Assembly: GCF_044704955.1 (NCBI RefSeq)
Contig: NC_091993.1
Span: forward strand, 78,616,001 to 78,680,000
From: Pristiophorus japonicus
Taxonomy: Eukaryota
Direction of reading: 5' to 3'
Length of the DNA: 64,000 nucleotides
Of the stretch, positions 1 to 13,131 are shown piece after piece (positions within the stretch are counted from its first letter, which is position 1; every line of letters starts with the position of its first letter). Under the pieces are notes generated by a model that was not told the DNA's origin, searched no databases, and saw only the letters and a program-made list of their open reading frames with translations. A program made the translations under genes and the position numbers.

Positions 1-367
1 AAACTACTCACCAATCAGCAGCCAATCACTTACCACGTTGGCTGTGACGTCACCTTTTGATTTCTTTCTACTTCTTTTTTGACTTCTCTCAGCTGGAGCT
101 GCACCGGTACGCCTCTCTCGACGCTCCCCGGACTGCTGAGCCTTTTATAGGCCGCTGCCTCTCTCGACTCCCGCCTCTCTCGACTCTCCCCGGACTGCTG
201 AGCCTTTTATAGGCCGCTGCCTCTCTCGACTCCCGCCTCTCTCGACGCTCCCCGGACTGCTGAGCCTTTTATAGGCCGCTGCCTCCAACGACTCCCGCCT
301 CTCTCGACGCTCCCCGGACTGCTGAGCCTTTTATAGGCCGCTGCCTCTCTCGATTCCCGCCTCTCTC
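1..367 (-). mobile_element. 5' UTR/promoter end of a CR1 LINE (body lies left of the window)
   Basis: 1-112 is nearly identical to 49731-49841, the 5' UTR of the full-length CR1 (ctactcaccaatca..gccaatcacttac..gctgcaccggtacgcc). Confidence 0.85.
110..367. repeat. Tandem repeat, 62-bp unit x ~4.1, each unit carrying TATAAAAG on the minus strand
   Basis: ccttttatagg recurs at 141, 203, 265 and 327 (period 62). Confidence 0.95.
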
Positions 368-369
368 AA

Positions 370-2282
370 ATTCCTCCATAGCCCCACCCCTCCCTATCTC
401 TGTAACCTCCTCCAGCCCTAAAATCTTTCGAGATCTCTACACATCACCAATTCTGGCCTCTTGCGCATCCCTGATTTTCATCGCTCTATCATTGATGGCC
501 ATGCTTCAGCTGCCTAGGCCCAAAGCTCTAGAATTTCCTACCTAAACCTCTCCGCCTCTAACTCCTCCTATAAGTCGCTCCTTAAGGAGGTGGCCTTGGA
601 AATAGCGGATGCATTGACAGTCATTTTCTAACATTCCATTGACTCTGGATCAGTTCCTATGGAGTGAAGGGTAGCCAATGTAACCCCACTTTTTAAAAAA
701 GGAGGGAGAGAGAAAACAGGGAATTATAGACCGGTCAGCCTGACCTCAGTAGTGGGTAAAATGATGGAATCAATTATTAAGGATGTCATAGCAGTGCATC
801 TGGAAAATGGTGACATGATAGGTCCAAGTCAGCATGGATTTGTGAAAGGGAAATCATGCTTGACAAATCTTCTGGAATTTTTTGAGGATGTTTCCAGTAA
901 AGTGGACAAAGGAGAACCAGTTGATGTGGTATATTTGGACTTTCAGAAGGCTTTCGACAAGGTCCCACACAAGAGATTAATGTGCAAAGTTAAAGCACAT
1001 GGGATTGGGGGTAGTGTCCTGACGTGGATTGAGAACTGGTTGTCAGACAGGAAGCAAAGAGTAGGAGTAAACGGGTACTTTTCAGAATGGCAGGCAGTGA
1101 CTAGTGGAGTGCCGCAAGGTTCTGTGCTGGGGCCCCAGCTGTTTACATTGTACATTAATGATTTAGACGAGGGGATTAAATGCAGTATCTCCAAATTTGC
1201 GGATGATACTAAGTTGGGTGGCAGTGTGAGCTGCGAGGAGGATGCTATTAGGCTGCAGAGTGACTTGGATAGGTTAGGTGAGTGGGCAAATGCATGGCAG
1301 ATGAAGTATAATGTGGATAAATGTGAGGTTATCCACTTTGGTGGTAAAAACAGAGAGACAGACTATTATCTGAATGGTGACAGATTAGGAAAAGGGAAGG
1401 TGCAACGAGACCTGGGTGTCATGGTACATCAGTCATTGAAGGTTGGCATGCAGGTACAGCAGGCGGTTAAGAAAGCAAATGGCATGTTGGCCTTCATAGC
1501 GAGGGGATTTGAATACAGGGGCAGGGAGGTGTTGCTACAGTTGTACAGGGCCTTGGTGAGGCCACACCTGGAGTATTGTGTACAGTTTTGGTCTCCTAAC
1601 TTGAGGAAGGACATTCTTGCTATTGAGGGAGTGCAGCGAAGGTTCACCAGACTGATTCCCGGGATGGCGGGACTGACCTATCAAGAAAGATTGGATCAAC
1701 TGGGCTTGTATTCACTGGAGTTCAGAAGAATGAGAGGGGACCTCATAGAAACGTTTAAAATTCTGACGGGTTTAGACAGGTTAGATGCAGAAAGAATGTT
1801 CCCAATGTTGGGGAAGTCCAGAACCAGGGGTCACAGTCTGAGGATAAGGGGTAAGCCATTTAGGACCGAGATGAGGAGAAACTTCTTCACCCAGAGAGTG
1901 GTGAACCTGTGGAATTCTCTACCACAGAAAGTAGTTGAGGCCAATTCACTAAATATATTCAAAAGGGAGTTAGATGAAGTCCTTACTACTCGGGGGATCA
2001 AGGGTTATGGCGAGAAAGCAGGAAGGGGGTACTGAAGTTTCATGTTCAGCCATGAACTCATTGAATGGCGGTGCAGGCTAGAAGGGCTGAATGGCCTGCT
2101 CCTGCACCTATTTTCTATGTTTCTATGTTTCTAAAACCTACCTCTTTAACCAAGCTTTTGGTCACCTGTCCTAATAGCTCTTTATATGGCTTGGTGTCAA
2201 CTTTTGTGTGATAATGCTCCTGTGAAGTGCCTTGGGGTGGTTTTACTACGTTAAAGGTGCTATATAATGCATGTTGTTGTTG
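370..2282 (+). mobile_element. L2-type LINE 3' end (370-585 and 2134-2282) split by a CR1 insertion
   Basis: gctccttaa|aaacctacctctttaaccaagcttttggtcacctg..gctatataatgcatgttgttgttg rejoins across the CR1; the same tail occurs at ~18925-19150(-), 19540-19865(+) and 43300-43790(-). Confidence 0.7.
586..2133 (+). mobile_element. 5'-truncated young CR1 LINE with an uninterrupted RT/C-terminal ORF2 segment (752-2035)
   Basis: Motifs [37 protein letters not shown] and RPHLEYC; (TTTCTATG)n tail; in-frame stops upstream of 752. Confidence 0.95.
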
Positions 2283-2929
2283 AGTTTGTCTCCCAGGAGT
2301 CATACTAAAACTGTACAGTGCTTTGATCAGTCTGGACCTGAAGCACTGTGTGCAACTGTATTCACAACACAACATTAAAGTCTACCAGGTTCCAGGAGCA
2401 ATGCAGAGAACAGCAGCTAAGCTGATAAGCTACATGGCATAAGCAGATAACTTGGTACTCTTTAGTTTTATAGACAATATAAACTATATGATATTTAACA
2501 GGATGACAAAAGTAAGCCTGAAACAATACTTTCAGCAGGACAGAGAGCACCATTCTTTGAAGCCAAATTCAGGACATATGTCAGCAAGAATTCCTTCACA
2601 TGGAGGGTGATTAACATCTGCAATGAAGTGGCAGGAAAGGTGGTTGAGGGCAGGACACTAGGCTCATTTGAGAAACAGCTGGATGTTGTAATGCACGAAT
2701 GGTGAAGCCAGGTACCCTCAGTTTGTGCCATTGGACGTGAGGGAGCGAAGCTGGCCCATACTGGAAGACGATAAGGATGGGAGACAGTGAAGGTTTTTCC
2801 AGGGATGAGGCCATGGACACTAGAAGTGTGTGAGCGGTGGAACAATCATATGAATTACTATTAATACTTTAGATCCATCCAGAATTTTTGTTCTAAATAT
2901 ACAGAAGGTTGCTGAAGGAAGTAAGGGTG

Positions 2930-3915
2930 GAAATAGTGTTGTCCTCCCAGGGGTCAGTATTAGGACCACTGCTATTGTTGATATATATTAATAACTTGAA
3001 CTTGGGTAAAGGAGGCCAAAACGTTAATGTTTGCATGATGACTCAAAACTTGAAAATATATTTAACAACAAGATGGATAGTAACAGACGTCAGGAGGACA
3101 GGCAGACTGGTGAAATGGGTAGACACATAGCAGATGACATTTAGTGCAGATAAGTGTGAATTGATGCATTTTGGAAGGCAATTTAAACTGAATGGTACAA
3201 TGTTAAAGGGAGTGCAGAAACAGAGGGACCTGAGGGGGGGGTTCACATATGCAAATCTTTGAAGGTAGTGGGACATGTTGCTAAGGCTAGTAAAAAGCAT
3301 ATGGGTTCCTTGGCTTTGTAAACAGAGGCATTGAGTACAAAAGCAAGGAAGTTATGCTAAACCTTTATGAATCACTGGAATATTGTGTCTAATTCTGGGC
3401 AGTACACTTTAGGAAGGATGTCAAGGCCTTGGAGAAGGTACAGAGGAGATTGACCAGAATGGTACTAGGGATGAGGGACTTCAGTTATGTGGAGAGACTG
3501 GAGAAGCTGGGATTGTTCTCCGTGGAGCAGAGAAGGTTGTGGAGATTTAATCGAGGTGTTCAAAATCATGTTTTATAGAGTAGATAGGGAGAAACTGTTT
3601 CTACTGACAGGAGGGTTGGTAACCAGAATACACAGATTTAAAATAATTGGCAAAAAGCCAGGGTGGCAATGAGGGAAAATGGATTCATGCAGCAAGTTGT
3701 TATGATCCGGAATGCACTGCCTGAAAGGATGGTGGAAGCAAGTTCAATATTAGCTTTCAAAAGAGAATTAGATATATACTTGAAAAGGAAAAATATGCAA
3801 TACTATGGGGAAAGAGCAAAGGAGTGGGACTAATTGGACAATTCTTTCAAAGAGCCGGCACAGGTACGATGGGATGAATGGCCTCCCTCTGTGCTGTAAT
3901 AATTCTATGATTCTA
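2930..3915 (+). mobile_element. Decayed CR1 LINE, RT to 3' end
   Basis: QGSVLGPLL remnant, frameshifted C-terminal motifs, ttctatgattct tail. Confidence 0.85.
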
Positions 3916-4580
3916 AGGGGGAGCAGTGTTTCAGTGTTAAACATGGAATTTATCTCAATGTTGAGGAGACTGAATTACTTATGAGATTCACAGGCACAAG
4001 TCAGCTTATAGTCAAAGATTTTTGGATTAATTAAATGTTCTCAACTGAATGGTGTTAGGTATCGTAGACTGTAAAGAACAAACTGCATTTCTATCATTTT
4101 TCTCACATTCAGGAAAATATCAGTGCTTTTCATCAAATAGGGGAACTAAATAGAAAGTTGTAGAAGAGAGGAGTGTTGTGGTTGAAAAAACAGTCAGTGT
4201 AGGAGGAGCAGAGGGTGCATGGCAGGCATGAGGCAGGGGTTCAAAAGACAATGATGGAGCGATGAATCACTTGCTAGCATGCCAAGGACAAAATTAGGCA
4301 AGGTATCTAAGGTTTGCTAGCTGCTTGACTTCAAACGGTGAGATGGCATATGTTTAAGTCACTAATGCAAACTGCCTCTTAGCCACATAAAGTTCTGGAG
4401 GACCATGTTATTGTGAAGCAGAGATAAAGGACACACAGACACATACAGAATCTGTTGTAAATAGGGGCAGTATCAGATATCTGTTGCATTGTTTCTAGAG
4501 GCAGGTGAGATTTGAGCACATCAATGTTAAAAGTATATAAGCAAATATTATGCGAATGTACTCACTGTAAACATTTCTAG

Positions 4581-4783
4581 GGCTGATCTCTGATCCTCAG
4601 TGGGAGACCAACCTGATGTGTTTTTACATTGGAGGAGTTCAGGATGGCGATTCTCCCTCCATGGACTCACTCCTGATGGACCTGCAAGGAACCAACGGCA
4701 TGATCTACCGGCAGATACAACACAGAAAGCGAGCAAAAACTGGCACAGCCTCCAAAAAACTGATACCTCAAAAACAGCCCTGA
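4581..4783 (+). CDS. Putative terminal coding exon of an unidentified gene entering from the left (..LISDPQWETNLMCFYIGGVQDGDSPSMDSLLMDLQGTNGMIYRQIQHRKRAKTGTASKKLIPQKQP*)
   Basis: Acceptor acatttctag at 4571-4580, in-frame stop just upstream of it, 66 open codons ending in TGA 4781-4783, non-repeat and protein-like composition. No family recognised. Confidence 0.4.
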
Positions 4784-5224
4784 ATGCAGGCTTCTGACAT
4801 GTGGTTAAGTGGGACGTGGATTTGTCATAATTTAAGTTGCAGGTATATTAAACATTCTATCGCTAAAGATGGACAAATGTTAAAGGGGGAGCGCAGTGCT
4901 GATGGAGATTGCTCCCTCAAGGCAAGAGCTATAAAACCCAGTAAAGTACAAACCATCAAACGTTTCTAATTGTGAAGTTAATTTTTGTGAAAAGAAAATA
5001 CTTCCTAGCTGACGGGTAACAGTACATTTTCCCAAACATACAATATTCAACTATTTGGGTACAGGGTATTTTAAACCCTGAACTGGTGATTGTATAAGGC
5101 CAAACCTTGCACAATATGTCCATGCAGGATGCTTCATAATATGTAACATTGGCCCTTTTTTTTCGACCATGTCAAAAGGATTGAGGTGGAAGTTCTCAGC
5201 CTGTGTAAAGGTCATGACCTCGAT

Positions 5225-5800
5225 GTAGAGGGTGTATAGAATATACGAGCAGGAAGGTTATGCTTGAACTGTAACACCACATTACAGGAAAGATGAGTTT
5301 GCATTAGAGAGGATACAGAGGAGATTTATGTGGATGTTGCCAGGACCAGAGAATTTTAGCTCTGAGGAAAGATTGCATTGGCTGGGGTTGTTTTCTTTGG
5401 AACAGAGGAGGCTGAGGGAAGGCTTGATTGAGGTGTATAAAATTATAAGTGGCCTGGATAGAGTGGACAGGAAGGACCTATTTCCCCTAGCAAAGTGGTC
5501 AATTAGCAGGGGGCATAGATTTAAAGTAATTGGTAGATGGTTTAGAGGGGAGTTAAGGAGAACTTTTTTCACCCAGAGGGTGGTGGGAGTCTGGAACTCA
5601 TTGCTTGAAAGGGTGGTAGAGGCAAAACCCCTCATTGCATTTAAAAAGTACTTGGATGCGCGCTTGAAGTGCTATAACCTACAGGGCTTCAGATTAAGAG
5701 CTGGAAAGAGGGATTAGACTGGATAACTCTTTTTTGGCCAGCACAGACACGGTGGGCCAAATGGTTTCCTTCTGTGCCGTAAATTTCTATGATTCTATGA
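5225..5800 (+). mobile_element. CR1 3' fragment
   Basis: LGLFSLEQRRLREGLIEVYKI..FFTQRVVGVWNSL; tttctatgattctatga tail. A shorter related fragment lies at ~6115-6310. Confidence 0.85.
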
Positions 5801-7067
5801 TGGGTAGTTGCCATTAGTAATGGCATTGAACATGTCTCAGATTGCAATAATCCGGCTCTGTGGAACACAGGTGCTCTGCTACACCCATAGGAAGGTTTTT
5901 GATTCCTTGATTTGTCTGAGTCAAAAGTAAAGGTTAAGTTAAAATGTCTGTTCACTTGTTACTAGTTTTTGTGAACCTTTATTGGTGGCATTACTCATCA
6001 GCTATTCTGGAGATAAGTTGTTACAAACATTAGCTATAGAGAACCCCCTGTTGGCTGAAATAATAAATTCACTGCCCAGTATGGAATGGCACCAAACAGA
6101 TGTGAAAGCTTCCAGATTCACTGCCTGAAAGGGTGGTAGAGGCAGAAACCCTCATCAGTTAAAAAATACTTGGATCTGCACTTGAAGTGCTGTAACCTAC
6201 AGGGCTACGGACCAAGAGCTGGAAAGTGGGAGTGGGCTGGATAACTTCTTGACGGCCAGCGCGGATACGATGGGCCAAAATGGCTTCCTGACATGCTGTA
6301 AATTTCTATTATTCACTCACTGGTCTGTGCTGATTGAATGACACCAGCAACTGTCTCTCCCACTGTCACCAACAACACCCGTCTTTCTCAGTGCTTGTCC
6401 AGCCTGACACAGCCCACATCCTCTCCCTCATCCCCATTACCCTAACTTTGCTATGCCCCACCAGCTTTTCTGCGTCCTACCTCTGCGCCACCCTCAAAGC
6501 GGACGTCCCTTCCTGCACCCTTTCCTGTCCACCACCGGTTTACTCCTCATTCCCTACTCCCTCTGCAATTGCAGCCATCATGGCCTTTGGAACTTCCTGC
6601 CAAAAGCCTTTTGCTTCACCACCTCTATTCCATTTTTCAACCCCACCTTTGACAGTGCTTTTACCCTCCTCTCCTGCCACCCCGCTCCCAATCCTGTTCC
6701 CTTCTACCCCTTTTTCTCTCCTCCTTGGCAGCCACCTTTCAGTAAAGAATCTTCGGGCATTGTTTTCTATGTGAGCAGAGCTATAGAAATGTAACCTAAC
6801 TGCACAGATAAAACACCCAGGATCGGGAGTCACGCCTCCTCCTTATCCCAAAGTTGAATACTGAAAGATTTTGTTCTTTTCTTCTGACACAAACCTTGTA
6901 TTGTCAAAATACAAATATCTCCCATAATCCTTCGCACCTGCAGCATCAATTCAATAAAATGATTTAGATATGATTTGAATTTCACTCTCTATTGGATGTG
7001 CGCATTGTTGTATTATGCAGACAGCAATATTCTATAATATTTGTGGGGAATTCTTTTAAAGATGCGA

Positions 7068-7158
7068 GTTTCTCTCTCCACAGATGCTACCTGGCCTGCT
7101 GAGTGTTTTCCAGCAGTTTTTGTTTCAGATTTCCAGCCTCTGCGATATTAGCTTTTGT
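7068..7158 (+). mobile_element. Penelope-like element terminal fragment
   Basis: ctctccacagatgctacctggcctgctgagtgttttccagca..tttcagatttccagc; related copies at ~8420-8480(+), 27350-27480(-), 36800-36895(+) and 61325-61380(-). Family call from recall. Confidence 0.5.
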
Positions 7159-7159
7159 T

Positions 7160-7890
7160 TCAGAAGAGCTGAAGATGCACACAGGGATATATGGCTGGGC
7201 AAGATCACTGAGAAAGATGAGGCCATAGCGGGATTTGGAAGGCAGTGATAAGGACCTTGAAATCAATTCACTGAGGCACGGGGATCCAGTTGAGCTTGGC
7301 AAGGACATCGGTGATGGGAGTGCAATACTTTGTGCAGGTGCGGACATAGATTGCGACGCTGTGAATGACCGGTCGTGCTTGGAGGGTGGATGCCGGCAAG
7401 GAGAGCATTGGAGAAGTCGATTCTCCAGGTGATAAAGATGTGAGGTAGAGCAGAGTCAGGTAAGGTTTGGCGGTAGAAGGAAGTCATCTTAGTAATGGAT
7501 TGGATCTAAGAAGGAAGCGGAGCTCAAAGTGGAGCACTACTCCAACATTCCACACCTCTCAACTCAACCTGAGCTGGCAGTCAGAGAGGCCAGAGGCATA
7601 TAGATGCTATCGGGAGCCAAGGAGACTGGCTTCCGCTTTGCTGACATTTAGCTGGAGGAAATGTTGGCTCAGCCTGGGCTTAATGTTGGACAGGCAGTTG
7701 AATAGTGTATTAATGGCTTTGGGAGGTGATGATGTAAAGATAGATTTCAGAAGCATACATGTGGAAGCTAGCCTCATGTTTCTTGATAAGGTCTCCGAGC
7801 GGCAGCATAATCAATGATGGAGAGGAGGGAAGAAAGGATGGAGCTCTTGGTTATTATACAGGCACGGGAGGAGAAGCCGTTGGATGAAAT
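7160..7890 (-). mobile_element. Old L2-like LINE fragment
   Basis: Degenerate RT/C-terminal remnants on the minus strand (FITWRIDFSNALLAG, resembling L2 SRLDYCNSLL). Confidence 0.55.
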
Positions 7891-10019
7891 GTAAAAGGTA
7901 ATATTTCTGAGTTTTTACTCCCTGTGCCTCACCCATCGGGAGGACGTATCAGAGATTTGAGCACAAAGCAATACACTTTCTTTCGGCCTGAGGTTTAAAT
8001 GATCAGCATACGCCCAAATTCCCGAAATACACGCACCGCGTGTGAGGCTCCCTTTCAAGAGTGCAAAATTCCAAACTTATCCCTGTAATGTCTACAATAC
8101 AACAGGTAGGACTGGAACAAGAGGGAGCTGTGGCACAGAGGTGGGCTGCTGGGGGTGGGGCGGGGAGGGGCGGGTACTGGGAGGAATGTGGAAAGGTCAA
8201 AGACAGTTGAAAGCTGTAGAGGGCCCGAGGAGGATAAGGAAGTTTGGCAAGGAATAATCACAATAGACATCTTTGTTCCATACTGATTCAAGTTGTGGGT
8301 GGGACAAAAACTGGAATGGAGGGTCTCGTGGGTGCGGTGCAAGGCAATGAGAGTTTATATAAAGAAGTTAAATGTATTGTATCTCTGAGTGGGTGATTCA
8401 GCTCTCTCCTGGCTTTCTCCACAGATACTGCACATTACCAGCATTTCTTCTGTTTCACATTTATCATGTTTTGCTTTTTACTAATTCAGTTTAAAGTTTT
8501 CCTTTCCCTCACTTTGCAAACAGCCTAACACAGTTTAAAAATAAAGTTCTACTTAAAATATTAAACAGGTAGCAAACAAACCTACTTAAAGTTCCTGATA
8601 TGTACAATTCCGATTTACTATTCTCATGCACTCCAAGTGATTGTGATCCTATTTTCTGAAACGTTTGCTGTGTGATTTTCAGTATTGTGTAATCCTCTTG
8701 TTTCGAATGGCAATAAAGTGCAGAACAAGGTGACCTGAAACCGCCCAGACATATCACACAACCTGGGTGAAGACGGGAGGTGTAAACACAATCCTTTGCC
8801 AAGTGCTCTGAACTGTATGGTGCTGTTTGCAGAGATACCCAGCTCATAACACAGCTCCTTGTTCAACACTTGTGGACTTTGTCTCCATTACATGACCTTC
8901 CACTGAAACCCAACTGATAAAGGGAGGAAAGGTTTATTTATATCTTATATAAGACATGGTGTACTGAGCACAGGTGAGCGACAGTGTCGTCACCCTGCCA
9001 GAAACTGGGGTAGGGGAAGCAATGGCTGCCACTTTAAGAGAGGCATTTTCCACAATAGTGCTGCAACCGGTGCTGCTTGTGAGTGCCGCTCCTCACTGGA
9101 GCACTCAGTCAGGGAGTCAGCCCGAATATTCTATCATCATAGTGTAAGTAAAAAACAAAAGTACAAATAGATGCGGTTTTGGACAGATTTAGACATTTTA
9201 CAATCCCAATGAGTGACATTGAACAATCTTGCCCCACTCCTCTGTCAACAGAAATAGATGCTGGCAATTTTTAATTTAACCTTGCAAGAAATCCTGGAGC
9301 TGCCGTCCATATCCAAATAAAATCCAAGATTTGGACCTTGATTCCGGTTTCTCCACGAGGGTTGCATGAGGCACAACAACAACAACTTGCATTTATACAG
9401 CGCCTTTAACGTAGGTCCAAAATTGATGAAAACAATATAAATGGATTCCCCCTAAGCTTTACAATCTCCTATAATCTTGGTATAAAATCACATCTTTGCC
9501 TACGCAGTCCACATGAGAAAAACTTGCAGGTTGTTCCTTTCTGTAGGCCCTCGGAGCATCAGATCTGTGCACTGTAACAACCTGAGGAACACCTGATATC
9601 ACAGAGATTTTCAGGCTCACTCAGTCGCCCTTTTATGGATAGAAACCACAAATGCATGCTGGAATACTGAGTGTATGTGTATCTCAAATGGAATCCTATT
9701 CACCAAGCTCAGAGACAAGTAGAGCCAAATGAGAAAGTAGAATATACATTTTTTTTTGTCTCTAGAATGTGCTTGAGCTTCAATAACTGGACAATGAATG
9801 TTTCCAGTAAAGACCAAAACTTCCATGTCCGTTTGATCTATTCAATTCAAGGACACCATGGACAGAAATAGCCACCAAATATTATAAGATGCTTTTACCT
9901 TTCTATTATCACTATGGCTACAACTCCCATCAAGTTGATCAATCTCTTGTACCGGTAAATTGTGCTAATGGAATACTTTATGTCTTTTTTTTAGTAATCC
10001 ATGCTATGGAATTGAAGAA

Positions 10020-10437
10020 ACTCATTGGAGTTTAGAAGAATGAGAAGTGATCTTATTGAAACATATAAGATTCTGAGGTTGCTTGACAGGGTAGATGCAG
10101 AGAGGATGTTTCCCCTCGAGGGGGAATCTAGAACTAGGATCATAGTTTCAGTATAAGGGATTGCCCATTTAAAATGGAGATGAGGAGGAATTTCTTCTTT
10201 CAGAGGGTTGTGAATCCTTAGAATTCTCTACTCCAGAGAGCTGTGGAGGCTGGGTCTTTGAATATATTTAAGGTGGAGATAGAAAGATTTTTGAATGATA
10301 GGGAAGTCAAGGGTTATGGGGAGCGGGCAGGAAAGTGGAATTGAGGCCAGGATCAGATCAGCCATGATCTTATTGAATGGCAGAGTAGGCTCGAGGGGCC
10401 AAATGGCCTACTCCTGCTCCTATTTCTTATGTTCTTA
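10020..10437 (+). mobile_element. CR1 3' end
   Basis: LEFRRMRSDLIETYKIL remnant; tttcttatgttctta tail. Confidence 0.9.
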
Positions 10438-11035
10438 AACATATTAGCCAGTAATTAATGTCAATTCCCCTCACAGGATGCATGGGCTCAGTCCACAGGC
10501 TCAGGAAGTCAGCGTCATTCAAGTTGATCTGTGGATTCCTCTTCAGACACTGAAGAAACAATGGGAACTGAACAAGGAAATGAAAGTCTTAGAGCAACAT
10601 TTAAATCGGTATTTGGAGGTGGCTCCTCATTGAGAGTAGCTGAGATATTGTCCCCTGTCCTGGAACTGCTATTTGTAAACTATTCCAGTGTATAATTAGC
10701 TTGGTGGTAGGACATAAGGTAGGCTGTACATTCAGCAGAGGGCTTCACAACATGGTACTGATTTATCACGTTGACTATTAGACTATCAATGCAGAGCCAG
10801 ATGTTGAGACCAAAGTAAAAGACATATGTAGTGTAACGCCCACTCGTTGCATTGTTTCCATGGTGTTAGACAACTGCTAAAAATAAATACATTCTTTAGT
10901 CTTTGAAAATCTTTCCCTTCACACCAGGAATAAGGAGAACTTTCTTTGTTTTATCAAAAAAGGATTAATTAATTGACACAATTTGTAAATTGTTCCAGGG
11001 TTTAGGTAATAAAATATCTGTCATTTATAAATACA

Positions 11036-11880
11036 CTGGCTCCAATATTTATGAGGAAACGGGGAGGGAGCGGTCGGGAAATCCAGAGATGCGGATAACC
11101 CGAAGGTCCTGCCGAATTTAACGGCAGGATCTCATTTAAATTTGTCTCTCCATTTCTCGGTCGGCAGCCAACCACATTGAGAGGCTAACTGGCTGTCGGG
11201 TGGGCAGGCCTGCGCTGGTAGGCCACACCTGGGGCATGGAGTGTAGGGAGGGTGGGGGAGGTGTGGAGATCGGGTGGGGTTGCGGGGCGGTAAACGCGGA
11301 GCAGATCGGAGGCCAGGCGGGGCATCGTGGTGGAGATTGGAGGCCGCAGTGGGAGTGGTGGGGGGGGGTCAAGGGAGAGACATCATAGAGGCCAGAGGGG
11401 GGAGATCGGAGGCCAGGGGAGACATCATGGAGCAAATCGGACACCAGTGGGGAGGACATCGTGGAGGTGGGGGGGTGGGTGGGGGACATCATGGAGGAAA
11501 TCGAAGGCCGGATTGGGGGGAGGGTCAACCGATCGTGGGGAGGGAAACAGGTTATCTTGGGGGGTGCCAGGGGGAAGCACTCCTGCTCCTCTTGGTGCAC
11601 AAGCAGTGCAGTCAATGCTGGATTTGGCCTTTCTTGCCTCCCTTCAGCTGCCAAGTTTCCCAAGCCCTGGGAAACCCGGCCCACAGCAGTTAAACCTGAA
11701 AATCTGTAACAATCTGAGGCACACTGCCTCATTAGCATATTTAAATGGCTGACTTGCCTCTTGAGGGCAGGCGAGTTGCCTACCTCCCCAACCCACCTCC
11801 GTTAAAAATGGAAATGGACGGGTTGGGGTTAGGTTTCTGATTTTTGACATTTTAACTCGCCTCTCACCCCCACCCCCCGC
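11036..11880. mobile_element. GC-rich non-autonomous repeat with internal gggggacatcatggag-like short tandem units
   Basis: Abrupt GC/CpG-rich island in AT-rich context with repeats at ~11375-11500; termini not resolved. Confidence 0.45.
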
Positions 11881-12791
11881 AAGAAGGAAATCTGGGACTC
11901 AATTCTTGAATTGTTTTTCTACTTATTAATATTCTTTGGAAACCTTAGCAACTGATATCTCCAAAGCGAAAGACACAGACATCAGTCAAAAATTTACACT
12001 TTCAAAAGGTTTTGGTTTGCATTTTATAACTTGCTGGGAGCATGAGGGAGCTGGAATCTCTGTTGCAACCTTTGTATCTACTTCTAGACAGTCTAGTACA
12101 GGCCAGAGGCAATTGTGGGCAAACCAGCACTGCTGTAATGCTGGAACTTCAAACAGCAACAACAGCAGAGAGGCTGGATATTACAGTAGGTTACCACACT
12201 GTCTGTCTATTGACTTTGACCAGTGGAAAAAGTGAAATTGTTATGAGAGTATATTTGTCTTTATTCCTCCAGACAACATTTTGTAACATTTGACCCAGGA
12301 CTGTATTTTCCTGCTCTTTACTGAGAATCTCAAGTCTCTTCTAAAATCTGCCTTGTCTTCCTTTAGTACAGAAATTATGTTCCTATTTCTTATGTTCTTA
12401 CACCAATGCCAACAAACTGAGCAGCATTAGTTTAAAAAAAGCAAACCTATATGGAGCTCTGTTTCTGTTTAAGAGTGAAAGGCTCAGGAATGACACAAGT
12501 CTGTGCATCAATAGATGTGGTGATTTAATAGTGAAAAGTAAAAATAGATAATATCACTCAAAGAGTGATAAAAGTTTGAAATAAATTGCCATTTAGGAAG
12601 CAAATAACCTTCCACTAGTGGATTGGAATGTGTAGTAGACATAGGTGGAAATATTACGATTTAATTTGCTCAGTTTACTTTTGTCTTTTTTATGATTTAG
12701 GTGCTTATTAGTTGTGTTCCTCTAAAAAGAGGGGCTCTTTTGTTTGAGTAGCACTTTCGCCTCTGAGTCAGAAGGTTGTGGGTTCAACTCC

Positions 12792-13131
12792 TCGTAGGAC
12801 TGCTCCTGGGCACGGCCAAGGGGGCCATCACCCGGTCCAGGCAGCGGGCGGTCGAAGTGGTCGTTCAGCCCGACTGCCTGCCTCTCTTCTGCGGTTACAT
12901 CCGAGCCAGGGTGTTCTTGGAGATGGAGCATGCGGTGTCCACCGGTACGCTCGCGGCCTTCGGCAAGAGGTGGGTGCCGGAGGGACTGGAGTGCATCATC
13001 ACCCCCGGCAACCAAATTTTAATTTAATTTGTTTTATGTCCAAAGTTTAATTTGTTTAATGTGTCGATTTTAGTGCCCCTTTAATAAGGGGGCATTTGAT
13101 TTACATTTGTTTTTACAGGTACAACAAAATA
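12792..13131 (+). mobile_element. 5'-truncated Tx1 (L1-clade) LINE 3' end with 17-bp TSD
   Basis: LLLGTAKGAI..F..RW C-terminus, T-rich 3'UTR; TSD gttgtgggttcaactcc at 12775-12791 and 13132-13148. Confidence 0.8.

Noticed and set aside
110-367. Regular repeats resembling a CRISPR array
   Set aside because: Units are contiguous with no unique spacers, the context is eukaryotic, and they belong to a CR1 5' end.
752-2035. 427-aa RT ORF as a host gene or retron-like system
   Set aside because: It is a standard CR1 ORF2 3' portion, 5'-truncated, with upstream stops and many paralogous copies in the window.
8509-8913. Minus-strand ORFs and acceptor as an NFYA exon
   Set aside because: No NFYA similarity, and all three frames from the acceptor stop within 23 codons.
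10477-10633. Exon-like ORF MHGLSPQAQEVSVIQVDLWIPLQTLKKQWELNKEMKVLEQHLNRYLEVAPH*
   Set aside because: Good acceptor but short, unrecognised and without in-frame partner exons; cannot be supported.
11136-11850. Overlapping long ORFs on both strands
   Set aside because: Low-complexity products of a G-rich repeat that lacks stop codons.
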